Shown: positions 28,013 through 37,898, numbered from the stretch's first letter. The stretch: DNA of 64,000 nucleotides from Candidatus Syntropharchaeum sp. (GCA_026134025.1 JAOQII010000005.1:594-64593), one strand, 5' to 3'. Made by a program: numbers and translations. Notes: a model not told the origin generated them from the letters alone.

Positions 28013-29677
28013 ATGCCAAAAAAATCGATCGAGATCATAAAGGAGACGTTCAAGGAGGATGATGCAACCCGCGAACGTACATCATTCTATGAGTTTGGAG
28101 GGTGGAGGCAATCACGGCGTAAGCAGGAGTATGTCAAGCTTGCAAAGGATCTAATCGAAGAGCGAGGACTCACCGGTTATCAGGGAGATCGAGAGGATAT
28201 GGGCGTGCCACTGGGCCAGCGGTTCATCGAGCCATACTACATCTCGGGAACAGATGTTTTATGTGATGGTGAGGATCTCCACCAGGTCAACAACGCGGCG
28301 ATCCAGCAGATGGGTGATGATATCAAGCGGACCGCGATCTCAGGGCTTGATATGACACACAGGATGCTTGAAGTCAGGATCGGAGCTACAGTGACGCCAG
28401 AGACGATAAACAGGTATCTTGAGGTTGCAAATCACACGATCGTCGGTGGTGCAGTTGCACAGGAGCACATGGCAGAGATCAACCCTGCGATGACCCGGGA
28501 TGGATCTGTGAAGATCATGAGCGGGAATGAGGAACTCATGTCGCACATCGATAAACAGTACATCATCGATATAAACAGGGAATATCCAGCCAATCAGGCA
28601 GAAGCGTTGAAAGAGGGGATCGGAAAATCGATATATCAGGTTGTTAGAGTCCCGACTGTTGCTGTTAGAAACGCAGATGGCGGGACAACACATAGATGGG
28701 CTGCAAACCAGTGCACGCTCGGCTTTATAACCGCGTACGCGCTGGGTGGCGGGTCAATCCTTGCTGATTTCTCATTAACCTCAAAGCACATGCAGTATGT
28801 CACGCTCGGAACACCCACGTGGCCCAGACGGGGTCCAAGAGGTAAGAATGAACCTGGAGGCATTCCCTATGGGTATGTTGGGGACTTCTGCCAGGCCGAT
28901 GCTGCAGGTTCTGATGAGATCACATATTTCTGTGAGTCGATGGCACTCTCAAACTTCCTCTACCTCAATCTCTGGGTCAATGGGTATGTGATCGGTGGGA
29001 TAGGTGGTGTGCACGCCGGGGCTGTTTTATTCACGAACAACGTACTTGATGAGCTTGCAGGACACATCACAGACTGGATCGTGGATCGCTATGGTGGACT
29101 GGCAAAGGCCAAGCCGTCATTTGATGTGATAAGAGACGTCTGTCATGAGGCATGCTTCCATCTCCTGGAGGAATATAATCGGTATCCACTCCTTTTAGAG
29201 CACCACTGGGGAGGAGCGATACGGATGTTCATCCTTTCCACATTGGGTGGGATGGCTCCTTCGTTTGCAACAGGGCACTCGCTCGCCGGGATGATCGGCT
29301 ACCACTATACAGGTGGGTATCTCATGAAGGAAGCATGGGGCAGGGGGTCGTTCGGCTCACAGGACTCGGTGGATCACATGAACCTCGCCTACGCAGCTTC
29401 AATGGTACCTGATGAGGGACTTCTTCCCGAGTTGAGAGGACCAAACTTCTCAAGTGACTCGACAAATGCGATTGTCCAGTGCACAAGCCCATCGTACGCC
29501 GTGGCAGCCCACGCAGCTCGAAAGGATGCATGGTGTTTGAGTCCAGTGGTTAAAGTGGCATTCGCAGACTCAAAGCTACCATTTAATTTCAAAGAGGTTC
29601 GCAAGGAGATCGCACGTGGCACCCAGCATGAGTTTATGCCAGAGGGTGATCGCGACCCGATAAAACCAGGGAGGTGA
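28013..29677 (+). CDS. mcrA: Alkyl/methyl-coenzyme M reductase alpha subunit (divergent)
   Basis: GVPLGQR, DLHQVNNAAIQQ, VTPETIN, AQEHM, DGGTT, NEPGG, ELRGPN, VKVAFAD. Confidence 0.96.
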   Translation: MPKKSIEIIKETFKEDDATRERTSFYEFGGWRQSRRKQEYVKLAKDLIEERGLTGYQGDREDMGVPLGQRFIEPYYISGTDVLCDGEDLHQVNNAAIQQMGDDIKRTAISGLDMTHRMLEVRIGATVTPETINRYLEVANHTIVGGAVAQEHMAEINPAMTRDGSVKIMSGNEELMSHIDKQYIIDINREYPANQAEALKEGIGKSIYQVVRVPTVAVRNADGGTTHRWAANQCTLGFITAYALGGGSILADFSLTSKHMQYVTLGTPTWPRRGPRGKNEPGGIPYGYVGDFCQADAAGSDEITYFCESMALSNFLYLNLWVNGYVIGGIGGVHAGAVLFTNNVLDELAGHITDWIVDRYGGLAKAKPSFDVIRDVCHEACFHLLEEYNRYPLLLEHHWGGAIRMFILSTLGGMAPSFATGHSLAGMIGYHYTGGYLMKEAWGRGSFGSQDSVDHMNLAYAASMVPDEGLLPELRGPNFSSDSTNAIVQCTSPSYAVAAHAARKDAWCLSPVVKVAFADSKLPFNFKEVRKEIARGTQHEFMPEGDRDPIKPGR

Positions 29678-29681
29678 AAAG

Positions 29682-30437
29682 ATGATCTATCCAGGTGATG
29701 ATAGAATCGCAAAAAGGCGCAGGGCGATACTCAATAAAGATACAGCATTAAAGCAGCTGCGGGAGGTTGCAGACGAGGATCTCGTCATGATTCTTGGGCA
29801 CAGAAACCCAGGGGAGCGGTACTCGTCCGTACATCCCCCACTTGATGAGCTTAAAGAAGCGGAAGATCCAATAAGAGACCTTATAGAAGCAACTCCTGGT
29901 GCGAAAGGTGGTGACAGGATAAGATACGTCCAGTTCACAGACTCGGTCTACCACTCTCCAATAACCCCGATCTTCAGGGGCAGGATGTATCACATACGCT
30001 ACCGTGGGGCAGATACAGTAGCATACTCTGGAAGGGAGCTGATGGAAGCGCGGGAGCGGGACCTTGAGAAATATACGAAGGAGCTTCTTGAGACCGAAAT
30101 TTTTGACCCTGCAAGAACAGCGATTCGGGGTATCACGGTACACGGTTCCGCGATGCGACTCGATGAAGATGGGCTTATGTTTGATGCGAGGAGACGGTAC
30201 AGGTATGATAAAGACGAGAACACCGTGATCTACTCTAAAAATCAGATGGCGATCCCGATCGATAGATCGATCTCACTCGGCTCACCCAGAGATGAAGAGG
30301 ATCTCAAGGCTGATTCGATAATCTATGGACTTGATACCATAGGTTACAGGGATGCAGAGGAACTCTGGGAGGTTACAGGAAAGCTCATGGAGGATAACGT
30401 GAAGGGCGGGTTGAACCCGAAGTGGGTGGAGAGGTGA
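29682..30437 (+). CDS. mcrG: Alkyl/methyl-coenzyme M reductase gamma subunit
   Basis: LGHRNPGERYSSVHPPL, GAKGGDRIRYVQFTDS, SGRE, RGITVHG, RLDEDGLMFD. Confidence 0.95.
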   Translation: MIYPGDDRIAKRRRAILNKDTALKQLREVADEDLVMILGHRNPGERYSSVHPPLDELKEAEDPIRDLIEATPGAKGGDRIRYVQFTDSVYHSPITPIFRGRMYHIRYRGADTVAYSGRELMEARERDLEKYTKELLETEIFDPARTAIRGITVHGSAMRLDEDGLMFDARRRYRYDKDENTVIYSKNQMAIPIDRSISLGSPRDEEDLKADSIIYGLDTIGYRDAEELWEVTGKLMEDNVKGGLNPKWVER

Positions 30438-30440
30438 GGT

Positions 30441-31553
30441 CTACCCTCGAATTTCATACTCCCTCTCTCCTATCCCAAGCTTCGCTGCAGCCTCTATCTG
30501 GACATCTGCGTTGGTCCAGGGGAAAATCTTTGAGAACTTTTCACCCACAACGCCTTCTGCCATCGATTCTGGAAGGGGCAAAGCAGCTGTTACAAGATCG
30601 AGCGATGCTTTATCGATCGCGAGAATATCTCTGGATGCAAGAATTCCAATATCAGGCACGATCGGATTGTCTGAGTATGGGTGGCAGTCACAGTGTGGCG
30701 TTATATCAAGGAGGAAATTAATAAATGTGAATTTGTCATGCCCCAGCAGATCCATAACAGCTTTTGCACACTCGACAAACCTCGTATCAAGTTCAGCCGG
30801 GCTTGTCCACTCAACCGTGATCGCATCCTCCTCACATATCCCAACGCAACCTCCGCACCTGATGCACGTATCTGTATCGATCACGTAATTAGTAATCGCA
30901 TCACACGGACAGATCTTCTCGCACGCTCCACAACGGTTACACCGTGCTTCATCGATCTTCGGATAGTCTTTTATATGAATATCGTATTTCGAGGGCTTTG
31001 CCGTGCATCCAACACCGACGTTCTTGAGTGAACCGCCGAACGACCCGCTCTGATGCCCTTTGAAGTGCGTGAGGCATATCACCCGGTCACATTCTGCGAT
31101 CGCCCTTGCAACATATACCTCCTTGAGCTGGGTACCATCAAGATCGACCCTGACAAAATCAAGACCTTTCAATCCATCGGCGATGATTATCGGAGCCTGT
31201 AACGTCTGGTGGGTGTATCCATTCTCCTCTGCTACCTTAATCCTTCCTGTTGCAAAGTTTGTATCCCGACGCATCCCGAGACCGCACGTCTCTGTGAAAA
31301 AAGGCTCTCCACCCCGCGCCTTAACCATCCCTGCAACCTTTCGCATAAATACGGATCTTAGTTGCTTTGTCACACCCCGCTCACCGAAGTGAACCTTCAG
31401 TGCAACGATGTCCCCTCGCACGATATCATCGAGGAGTCCACTTCGCTCAAGAAGTTTCTCAAGTCTCGTAACCGCGCTCAAATCTGGCTGATACCACTTA
31501 CTGACATCTTTGACAGGCGCTCTCGTATCTGTGAAGTAGACGGTTGAGGCCAT
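30441..31553 (-). CDS. DUF362 Fe-S protein with 2x[4Fe-4S] ferredoxin insert
   Basis: VALKVHFGE, THFKGH...GGSLKN, two CxxCxxCxxxC motifs, CDC, DIGILAS. Confidence 0.85.
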   Translation of the reverse strand: MASTVYFTDTRAPVKDVSKWYQPDLSAVTRLEKLLERSGLLDDIVRGDIVALKVHFGERGVTKQLRSVFMRKVAGMVKARGGEPFFTETCGLGMRRDTNFATGRIKVAEENGYTHQTLQAPIIIADGLKGLDFVRVDLDGTQLKEVYVARAIAECDRVICLTHFKGHQSGSFGGSLKNVGVGCTAKPSKYDIHIKDYPKIDEARCNRCGACEKICPCDAITNYVIDTDTCIRCGGCVGICEEDAITVEWTSPAELDTRFVECAKAVMDLLGHDKFTFINFLLDITPHCDCHPYSDNPIVPDIGILASRDILAIDKASLDLVTAALPLPESMAEGVVGEKFSKIFPWTNADVQIEAAAKLGIGEREYEIRG

Positions 31554-31559
31554 CCTCCT

Positions 31560-31802
31560 CTACTCCTCTTTCACCATGCGTATCGCCTTTGTTGGGCACT
31601 CGTTCGCACAGATTCCGCATCCTTTGCAGTATTCATAATCAACCTCAAACTCAGGACTGATCGTACCCTCAGGGCATAGAAGGTAGCAGTTGTAGCAGTG
31701 TATGCAGGACTCTCGATTACGAACAGGCATAAAGACCCGCCAGTCGCCAGTCCTTCCTGATGCGCCTATGGTTGGATATGCGATTGACATTTTCACCTTC
31801 AT
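31560..31802 (-). CDS. porD: 2-oxoacid:ferredoxin oxidoreductase delta subunit
   Basis: TGDWRVFMP, CIHCYNCYLLCP, YCKGCGICANECP. Confidence 0.9.
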   Translation of the reverse strand: MKVKMSIAYPTIGASGRTGDWRVFMPVRNRESCIHCYNCYLLCPEGTISPEFEVDYEYCKGCGICANECPTKAIRMVKEE

Positions 31803-32425
31803 ATCGCTCCCTCTGCCTCAAGTTCCTCATACGCTTCTTCTTCAAGTTCCTCAGATGCTGCCAGCGTGTACTGGAGATTCTGAACCCTGACAACCCGCTC
31901 ATAAGCGATCTCTGCAGCCTTGATATTCCTCGGGTCTGAATAGATCTTCTTTATCGCACGCTTTAGCGAAGTCTGTTTTACAAGCCCGAGCTTTGCAAGC
32001 GCTCCAAGCATGGGTGTGTTCAGGACAGGGGTTCCTGCAACTGTAAGCCCGAGATCGAGTGAGATGCTTGTCACATCGACCGCATAGAGACGATAATCCT
32101 CAAGTGCTGGCGGACATTCACCTCTGTTATTTATCAGAAATATCGTATTCTCACTCGCACCCGCTGTCACATCTGCGATCTCAACAAGCACCGGATCGAT
32201 GATAACAATATAATCAGGCGATCTTAAATTGCTGTATCTTTTCACCTCAGTATCAGATATGCGTGTTCCAGAAATTATCGCAGCTCCACGTCGCTCCGCA
32301 CCGTATACAGCGAGCGATGTACTGTACTTTCCATCAAAGAACGCAGCCATCCCGAGAATCTTGGCAGCCGTGGCACCGCCCTGACCACCCCTTGAATGAA
32401 ATCTTACCTCGGTTATATCCCCCAC
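31799..32425 (-). CDS. porG: 2-oxoacid:ferredoxin oxidoreductase gamma subunit
   Basis: EVRFHSRGGQG, YGAERRGA, NTPMLGA. Confidence 0.9.
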   Translation of the reverse strand: MGDITEVRFHSRGGQGGATAAKILGMAAFFDGKYSTSLAVYGAERRGAAIISGTRISDTEVKRYSNLRSPDYIVIIDPVLVEIADVTAGASENTIFLINNRGECPPALEDYRLYAVDVTSISLDLGLTVAGTPVLNTPMLGALAKLGLVKQTSLKRAIKKIYSDPRNIKAAEIAYERVVRVQNLQYTLAASEELEEEAYEELEAEGAI

Positions 32426-33585
32426 CAGAACTCACCTCCTTCGATCTCAACCATCTTTGTGATGTCCTCAGCCGTAATATCCTGACCGCCCAGACCCGCT
32501 ATCACATTAACAATTTCTCTCATCACCCCTGCATCATATAGACGCGCCTTGATCTCCTGAGCTATGATTCCACCACAGCCTCCAGAGTAGTCACGATCGA
32601 TTATAACAACCTTTTCGGCTTTTGATCCTGAGATTATATCAACGATCTCATCCGGGAATGGTCTGAACTGCCTGAGCTGGAGCAGACCTGCCTTAACGCC
32701 CCTGAATCGCAGCATATCGATCGCATCCTCCGCCTCCTTTGCAAGCGTCCCCATCGCAACGATAAGAACCTCTGCGTTATCTGTCCTGTACTCCATCACA
32801 GGATGATATTCCCGCCCGAAGAGTCTCAAGAATTCAGCTTCAGCATCTTTTATAACATCCTTTACCAGATCCATGGAGACCTTTCGATTATGCTGTATCT
32901 TGTAGTTATCAGTGGGTACAACAAGCGTACCGAGTGTGTGGGGTGCGTCAAAGTTGAGGGCGTGAGGAATCCTGATCTCATCAAGAAACTCCTCCTGATA
33001 GCGTTTTTCATCGATCAGGTGAAGCGGTTGATTTATATGTGTCAGGAGAAAACCATCGAGGCAGACCATCGCAGGCAACATCACATCCTCATTCTCTGCA
33101 GCTCTGAAAGCGATCAGGATTGTATCATACACCTCCTGAACAGTGGAAGTATAGAACTGAAGCCATCCCGAATCTCTCATCGATAATGAGTCGAGGTGAT
33201 CAGCCCAGATGTTCCAGCCTGATCCGAGTGCACGGTTTGCATTTGCCATAACGATTGGAAGTCTCCCGATCGCTGCCCAGTGAACCATCTCGGCCATATA
33301 GAGCAATCCATGGCTTGATGTGGCTGTGAATGTCCTTGCTCCACAGGAAGACGCTCCGATACACGCGGCAAGTGCTGAATGCTCACTCTCAACCGCTATA
33401 TACTGGCAGTCGTGCCTCTCTTCGCCGATAAAGCGTGATAACTTCTCAACAATCTCTGTCTGTGGTGTTATAGGGTATGCAGCAATCACAGAAGGTTTTG
33501 CAACAAGAACCGCCCTTGCAGCAGCTTCACATCCTGTAACAAAAAGTCCTCTATCTTTCTCTAATTCTGTCTGCGTCGTCATCAC
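32413..33585 (-). CDS. porA: 2-oxoacid:ferredoxin oxidoreductase alpha subunit
   Basis: AYPITPQT, ESEHSA, FTATSSHGL, DGFLLTH, FRPFP, GLGG. Confidence 0.92.
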   Translation of the reverse strand: MMTTQTELEKDRGLFVTGCEAAARAVLVAKPSVIAAYPITPQTEIVEKLSRFIGEERHDCQYIAVESEHSALAACIGASSCGARTFTATSSHGLLYMAEMVHWAAIGRLPIVMANANRALGSGWNIWADHLDSLSMRDSGWLQFYTSTVQEVYDTILIAFRAAENEDVMLPAMVCLDGFLLTHINQPLHLIDEKRYQEEFLDEIRIPHALNFDAPHTLGTLVVPTDNYKIQHNRKVSMDLVKDVIKDAEAEFLRLFGREYHPVMEYRTDNAEVLIVAMGTLAKEAEDAIDMLRFRGVKAGLLQLRQFRPFPDEIVDIISGSKAEKVVIIDRDYSGGCGGIIAQEIKARLYDAGVMREIVNVIAGLGGQDITAEDITKMVEIEGGEFWWGI

Positions 33586-34490
33586 AGTCCAAACGCCTCC
33601 CTGTAGTAGGCTATATTTGCATCGACCTTTCGTTGTGTGATCTCAATATCCTCCTCACTCATCCTTGAAAATCTTCCCTGAACTCTGAGATAATCCTTAA
33701 CAGGTATCGGATTCTTCATCGCGTCGAGACTCGGCTTGCTCATCGAGAAACTCCTATTTTCAGTCTCATACAGGAAGAATGAACAGCTTCCTACAGCAAG
33801 CTTTCCAATTTCTATCGCTTTCTCGGTTGAGATTCTCCAACCAGGCGGGCAGGGCGTCAGGACATGCAGGAACTTGGGTCCCTCAATTGAGAGGGCACGC
33901 TTTACTTTTCTCTGAAGATCCATCGGGTAGGAAGGACAGGCTGTTGCCATGTAAGGGATATTATGAGCGCTGATTATGGCTGCAATATCTTTCTTATCCT
34001 CTTTCTTGCCGAAAGGTGTCGTCGTTGTCGATGCTCCGAACGGTGTTGAGCCCGATCGCTGCATACCTGTGTTTCCATACGCCTCGTTGTCGTAGCAGAC
34101 ATAGAGAAAGTCAGTATTACGCTCGATAGCCCCTGATAGTGCCTGAACTCCAATATCAACCGTTCCACCATCACCAGCAATTGCTATCACATTTATCCCA
34201 CGTTCTCGTACTGCTGCCCGAACACCACTTGCCATCGCAGCTGTACAGGCAAAAGCGGTATCAAGTGTGGGTAACGCCATACACGTATTCGGGGAGATCC
34301 CCTCACAGACCACGGCACAACATGCAGAGACGAGCACGAATGTATCAGGACCTGCAGCCTTCAAGATGTGACGTATGGCGAGCATCGCAGTGCAACCAGG
34401 GCAGGATGAATTTCCTTTGAGCAGATATTCCTCCCTGTTCACCGTATTTGTACCAAAGCCATAACGATCTTCTACTTCGCGAGCTATCAT
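33582..34490 (-). CDS. porB: 2-oxoacid:ferredoxin oxidoreductase beta subunit
   Basis: SCPGC, AGDGG...YDNEAYGNTGMQRS TPP motif, PCPPGW; start at ATG 34490 inferred. Confidence 0.9.
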   Translation of the reverse strand: MIAREVEDRYGFGTNTVNREEYLLKGNSSCPGCTAMLAIRHILKAAGPDTFVLVSACCAVVCEGISPNTCMALPTLDTAFACTAAMASGVRAAVRERGINVIAIAGDGGTVDIGVQALSGAIERNTDFLYVCYDNEAYGNTGMQRSGSTPFGASTTTTPFGKKEDKKDIAAIISAHNIPYMATACPSYPMDLQRKVKRALSIEGPKFLHVLTPCPPGWRISTEKAIEIGKLAVGSCSFFLYETENRSFSMSKPSLDAMKNPIPVKDYLRVQGRFSRMSEEDIEITQRKVDANIAYYREAFGL

Positions 34491-34867
34491 GATAAACACC
34501 AAATCCGTTATAGATTTTTTTAAAAAAAAGGATCTGGTCAAGCCTCAACATACCAATGCTAAGAGAAGCAAGTGCAAAATATCACCGTTCCTCGTCCTTC
34601 TCCCAGTTAGAGACTTCATTCTTGACCACTTCAACCTCAAATGAGACAATATATAAAAGTTGTGGTAACTGCATCGCATTCAGAATGAATGCAAAAGTCT
34701 CATATAATAAGAATCTCAGGGCTATCCATTCTATAGTACTGTAAACAAAGAAAGACACTCTCCAGGGACTAAATCTGTGAATATGTAGGTGAGTGCCTGG
34801 TTTGATAAAGGAAAGGTCTTAAGATCGTAGCAATGCATTAAGAAGTATCGATATTTTGAATAAAGAC

Positions 34868-35143
34868 CTAAACTATCCTTGATGGGAGAAAGAAGAGAAT
34901 AATCGCCATTGCCATTAACACTATCGCTAAGATAATTAAGATCTTCAAGACGCCAACGTCAGTGCCAAATATAATCGGTATTGGTCCAATCATTATGATA
35001 CCACCGCCACGCACGCTGGCTTCTGATTTTTCCGTGCTGCCGCCCCCGTTCTTCCATGATTGATATGCCATGCTGAATACCCCTGCGAGGATCAGTAGCA
35101 CTCCTATGAACATGATCAAGAACCCTGCAGTAATCAGTTTCAT
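34868..35143 (-). CDS. DUF131 (TIGR00304-like) small membrane protein
   Basis: GGGIIMIGPIPIIFGTD signature; two TM helices. Confidence 0.85.
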   Translation of the reverse strand: MKLITAGFLIMFIGVLLILAGVFSMAYQSWKNGGGSTEKSEASVRGGGIIMIGPIPIIFGTDVGVLKILIILAIVLMAMAIILFFLPSRIV

Positions 35144-35253
35144 CAGCTTTCATCCACCTTCTATGTTATATTTTTCCATTCATGTTTCTTAAATTTTTGG
35201 TGATACGATCATTTTATAACCACATCTTTTAAAGATATGGAAATGGTGATGGA

Positions 35254-36420
35254 ATGTCTGAGCGTATAATCTATGCTGATCGAATAAACCAGTTGCCGCC
35301 GTATCTATTCGCAAGAATCGATGAGATGAAAGAAGAAGCAAAGAAGAGTGGGATAGATTTAATAGACCTGAGTATAGGCGATCCCGATATACCCACCCCA
35401 CAAACGATTATCGAGGAACTCTATGATGCCGTTAAAGATCCAAAGACGCACAGATACCCGACTTATGATGGAATGCTCTCATTCAGGGAAGCCGTTGCAG
35501 GATGGTATAAGCGTATCAAGGACGTCAAACTCGATCCGGTGAATGAGGTTGTTGCGCTCATAGGGTCAAAAGAGGGAATCGCACATATTCCTTTTGGCTT
35601 CGTGAATCCTGGTGACTATGTCCTTGTGCCAGATCCTGCATATCCAGTATATCTCAACTCAACGATACTCGCAGGCGGAAAGCCACACGTCATGCCGCTT
35701 CTTCGTGAGAACGATTTTTTGCCTGACCTATCAAGAATCGAAACCGAAATTCTGAAAAAAACAAAGTTACTATTCTTGAACTATCCGAACAACCCAACAT
35801 CAGCCGTTGCAAAACGAGAATTCTTTGAAGAGGTCGTTGATTTCGCAAAGGAGCATGATATCATCGTCTGCCATGATAACCCGTACAGTGAGATCGTATT
35901 CGATGACACTCGTGCTCCAAGCTTTCTTGAAATTGATGGGGCACGTGAGGTTGGTATTGAGTTCAACTCACTCTCAAAGACGTGTAACATGACAGGGTGG
36001 CGGATCGGCTATGCGGTTGGATCGAGTAAGGTACTTGAAGGACTCCTGAAGGTCAAGACGAATATCGACTCAGGTGCGTTTGAGGCGATCCAGCGTGCAG
36101 GGATAAAGGCTCTCGAGATCGCAGATAAAGTCGCGAGTGAGAACAGCCGTATATACAGCAAGCGGCGTGATGTATTATGTCGTGGTCTTGAGATTGACCC
36201 ACCTTCTGCGACATTCTATCTCTGGGCACCGGTTCCTGATGGATACGACTCATTCTCCTTTACAGAAGCCCTACTTTCAAAGTGCGGGATCCTTGTAACA
36301 CCAGGGATCGGGTTTGGTAAATATGGCGAGGGATTTGTGAGATTTGCGTTGACAGAATCAGTTCAGAGGATAGAGGAGGCGGTGGAGAGGGTTAAGAAGG
36401 AATTTATTTTCAAGCAATAA
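35254..36420 (+). CDS. dapL: LL-diaminopimelate aminotransferase
   Basis: LPPYLFA, IGDPD, GSKEG, NYPNNPT, SLSKTCNMTGWRIG; dapA and dapB also in window. Confidence 0.85.
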   Translation: MSERIIYADRINQLPPYLFARIDEMKEEAKKSGIDLIDLSIGDPDIPTPQTIIEELYDAVKDPKTHRYPTYDGMLSFREAVAGWYKRIKDVKLDPVNEVVALIGSKEGIAHIPFGFVNPGDYVLVPDPAYPVYLNSTILAGGKPHVMPLLRENDFLPDLSRIETEILKKTKLLFLNYPNNPTSAVAKREFFEEVVDFAKEHDIIVCHDNPYSEIVFDDTRAPSFLEIDGAREVGIEFNSLSKTCNMTGWRIGYAVGSSKVLEGLLKVKTNIDSGAFEAIQRAGIKALEIADKVASENSRIYSKRRDVLCRGLEIDPPSATFYLWAPVPDGYDSFSFTEALLSKCGILVTPGIGFGKYGEGFVRFALTESVQRIEEAVERVKKEFIFKQ

Positions 36421-36844
36421 GAAAGGAGCAGAACCTATCCCCTCGTGCCATAGAGGCTCTATGCCAAACATCCTGGTTAAGAATAGTTTCGATTAGCGAA
36501 AGATCAAACGCGCATATAATCTCACCAAATTCCTTTGAAACCTCGTAGAAGAGGCAGTTATACGATTTTATAAGGGTATTGCCGTTCTCCAGTACTATCT
36601 CTACGAACCATCCCATTTCATTCAAGAACTCCACGAGAATCTCAAGATCTACCTCCCCTGTACATCTTTCTCGGTAAATATTTGCCTCTCTCGTCCCAAG
36701 TGCCGCCATCATCTCTCTGACACGTTCTTCTCCATCCTTCTCGATCATATCACTGATCAGCAACTTTAAAAGCTTGGGATAAGCCTTCTTGAAGCACCCT
36801 TCTGCTTCCTCGGTTAGAGAAAAAAGGATCTTTGGTCTTTCAGG
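36410..36844 (-). pseudogene. 5'-truncated HTH regulator (COG2345/SufR-like C-terminal part)
   Basis: Open frame RPKILFSLTEEAEGCFKKAY...YNCLFYEVS...ICAFD...RGDRFCSF, preceded by an in-frame TGA; HTH absent. Confidence 0.6.
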
Positions 36845-37258
36845 TCAGGTCTTGGTATCAGAACCAGTTTTCGCTTGCAAGAGCGATTAAGGAGTGGAGA
36901 AAAGGAACGGTAGAAATCCCTTACTACCAAAGAAGGTATACGCTCCCAATTGAGGTCACAAACGTTCAAGGACAGAAAAAAGCTCTTCCGGCAGTTATAC
37001 CAGACATTTGGATTGTTTGAGTCTGAACAGATACCTCTGAGCATCATAAATATCATTGAGAGCCACTATGAGGGTAGACATCATTATCGGGCTTATCTGC
37101 CAAAGAAGGTTGTAAAAAAACGTTTCTCGAGGATTTCACGCTTTATCAACGAAGAATGCCACCTTTAGAAGTTGGGTAGGTTCAGAGTGATCGCCTGAAG
37201 GATACAGGCGCATATAATATATACTCCTACTGTAAAGATGATGTGAGGTTGAAGTGTC

Positions 37259-37894
37259 ATGCCTGATCTTATTCGAGAAGTTGCAGAGCGGGTGTTTGCA
37301 AGAGAGTTTAACGATAGCACATGTATATTCAGAGAAGAAGATGGTGAAAGAGCACCAAGATTTCTCCTAACGCCCACTGCTGCAAAGTGTAACAGAATCT
37401 TTGTTGTCGGGACACTGACCGAGAAGGAGGATATTGGGAGCGATCTTGAGTACTGGCGGGGCAGGGTTGTCGATCCCACAGGAGGGTTCACGATATATGC
37501 AGGGCAGTATCAGGAAGAGGTGATGCATCGGCTTGCATCGCTTGAGGTTCCCCATTGGGTTGCCGTGATCGGAAAGCCGAATGTGCGGGAGCGAGAGGTT
37601 AACGGTGTCATAAATACCTACACATCGCTTAGACCCGAGTATCTCGAGGTCGTTGATGCAACAACCCGCGACCTGTGGGTGATCGATACCGCCAGAGCAA
37701 CCCTTGATCGAATAAAACGGATGAAAAACCCCGTGGGTCTCGACCCTGAGACGTTGCAGAATATAGAACATGCAAAGGATCATTATCAGTTCATTGATCT
37801 TGAGTACTACAAGGAGATGGTGCTGGAAGCACTGAAATCACTGAAAGATCGAAGCTCAGGCGTGAGTACCATCGATCTATCCAGTGAAGCCTGA
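37259..37894 (+). CDS. RPA-associated OB-fold protein (COG3390-like)
   Basis: REVAERVFAREF, PTAAKCNRIFVVGTL, DPTG, YAGQYQ, RDLWV. Confidence 0.85.
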   Translation: MPDLIREVAERVFAREFNDSTCIFREEDGERAPRFLLTPTAAKCNRIFVVGTLTEKEDIGSDLEYWRGRVVDPTGGFTIYAGQYQEEVMHRLASLEVPHWVAVIGKPNVREREVNGVINTYTSLRPEYLEVVDATTRDLWVIDTARATLDRIKRMKNPVGLDPETLQNIEHAKDHYQFIDLEYYKEMVLEALKSLKDRSSGVSTIDLSSEA

Positions 37895-37898
37895 TATA

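Noticed and set aside
34545-34865. AT-rich gap with a 62-aa ORF and a faint transposase-like peptide (EVVKNEVSNWEK)
   Set aside because: No recognisable motif, inverted repeats or intact frame
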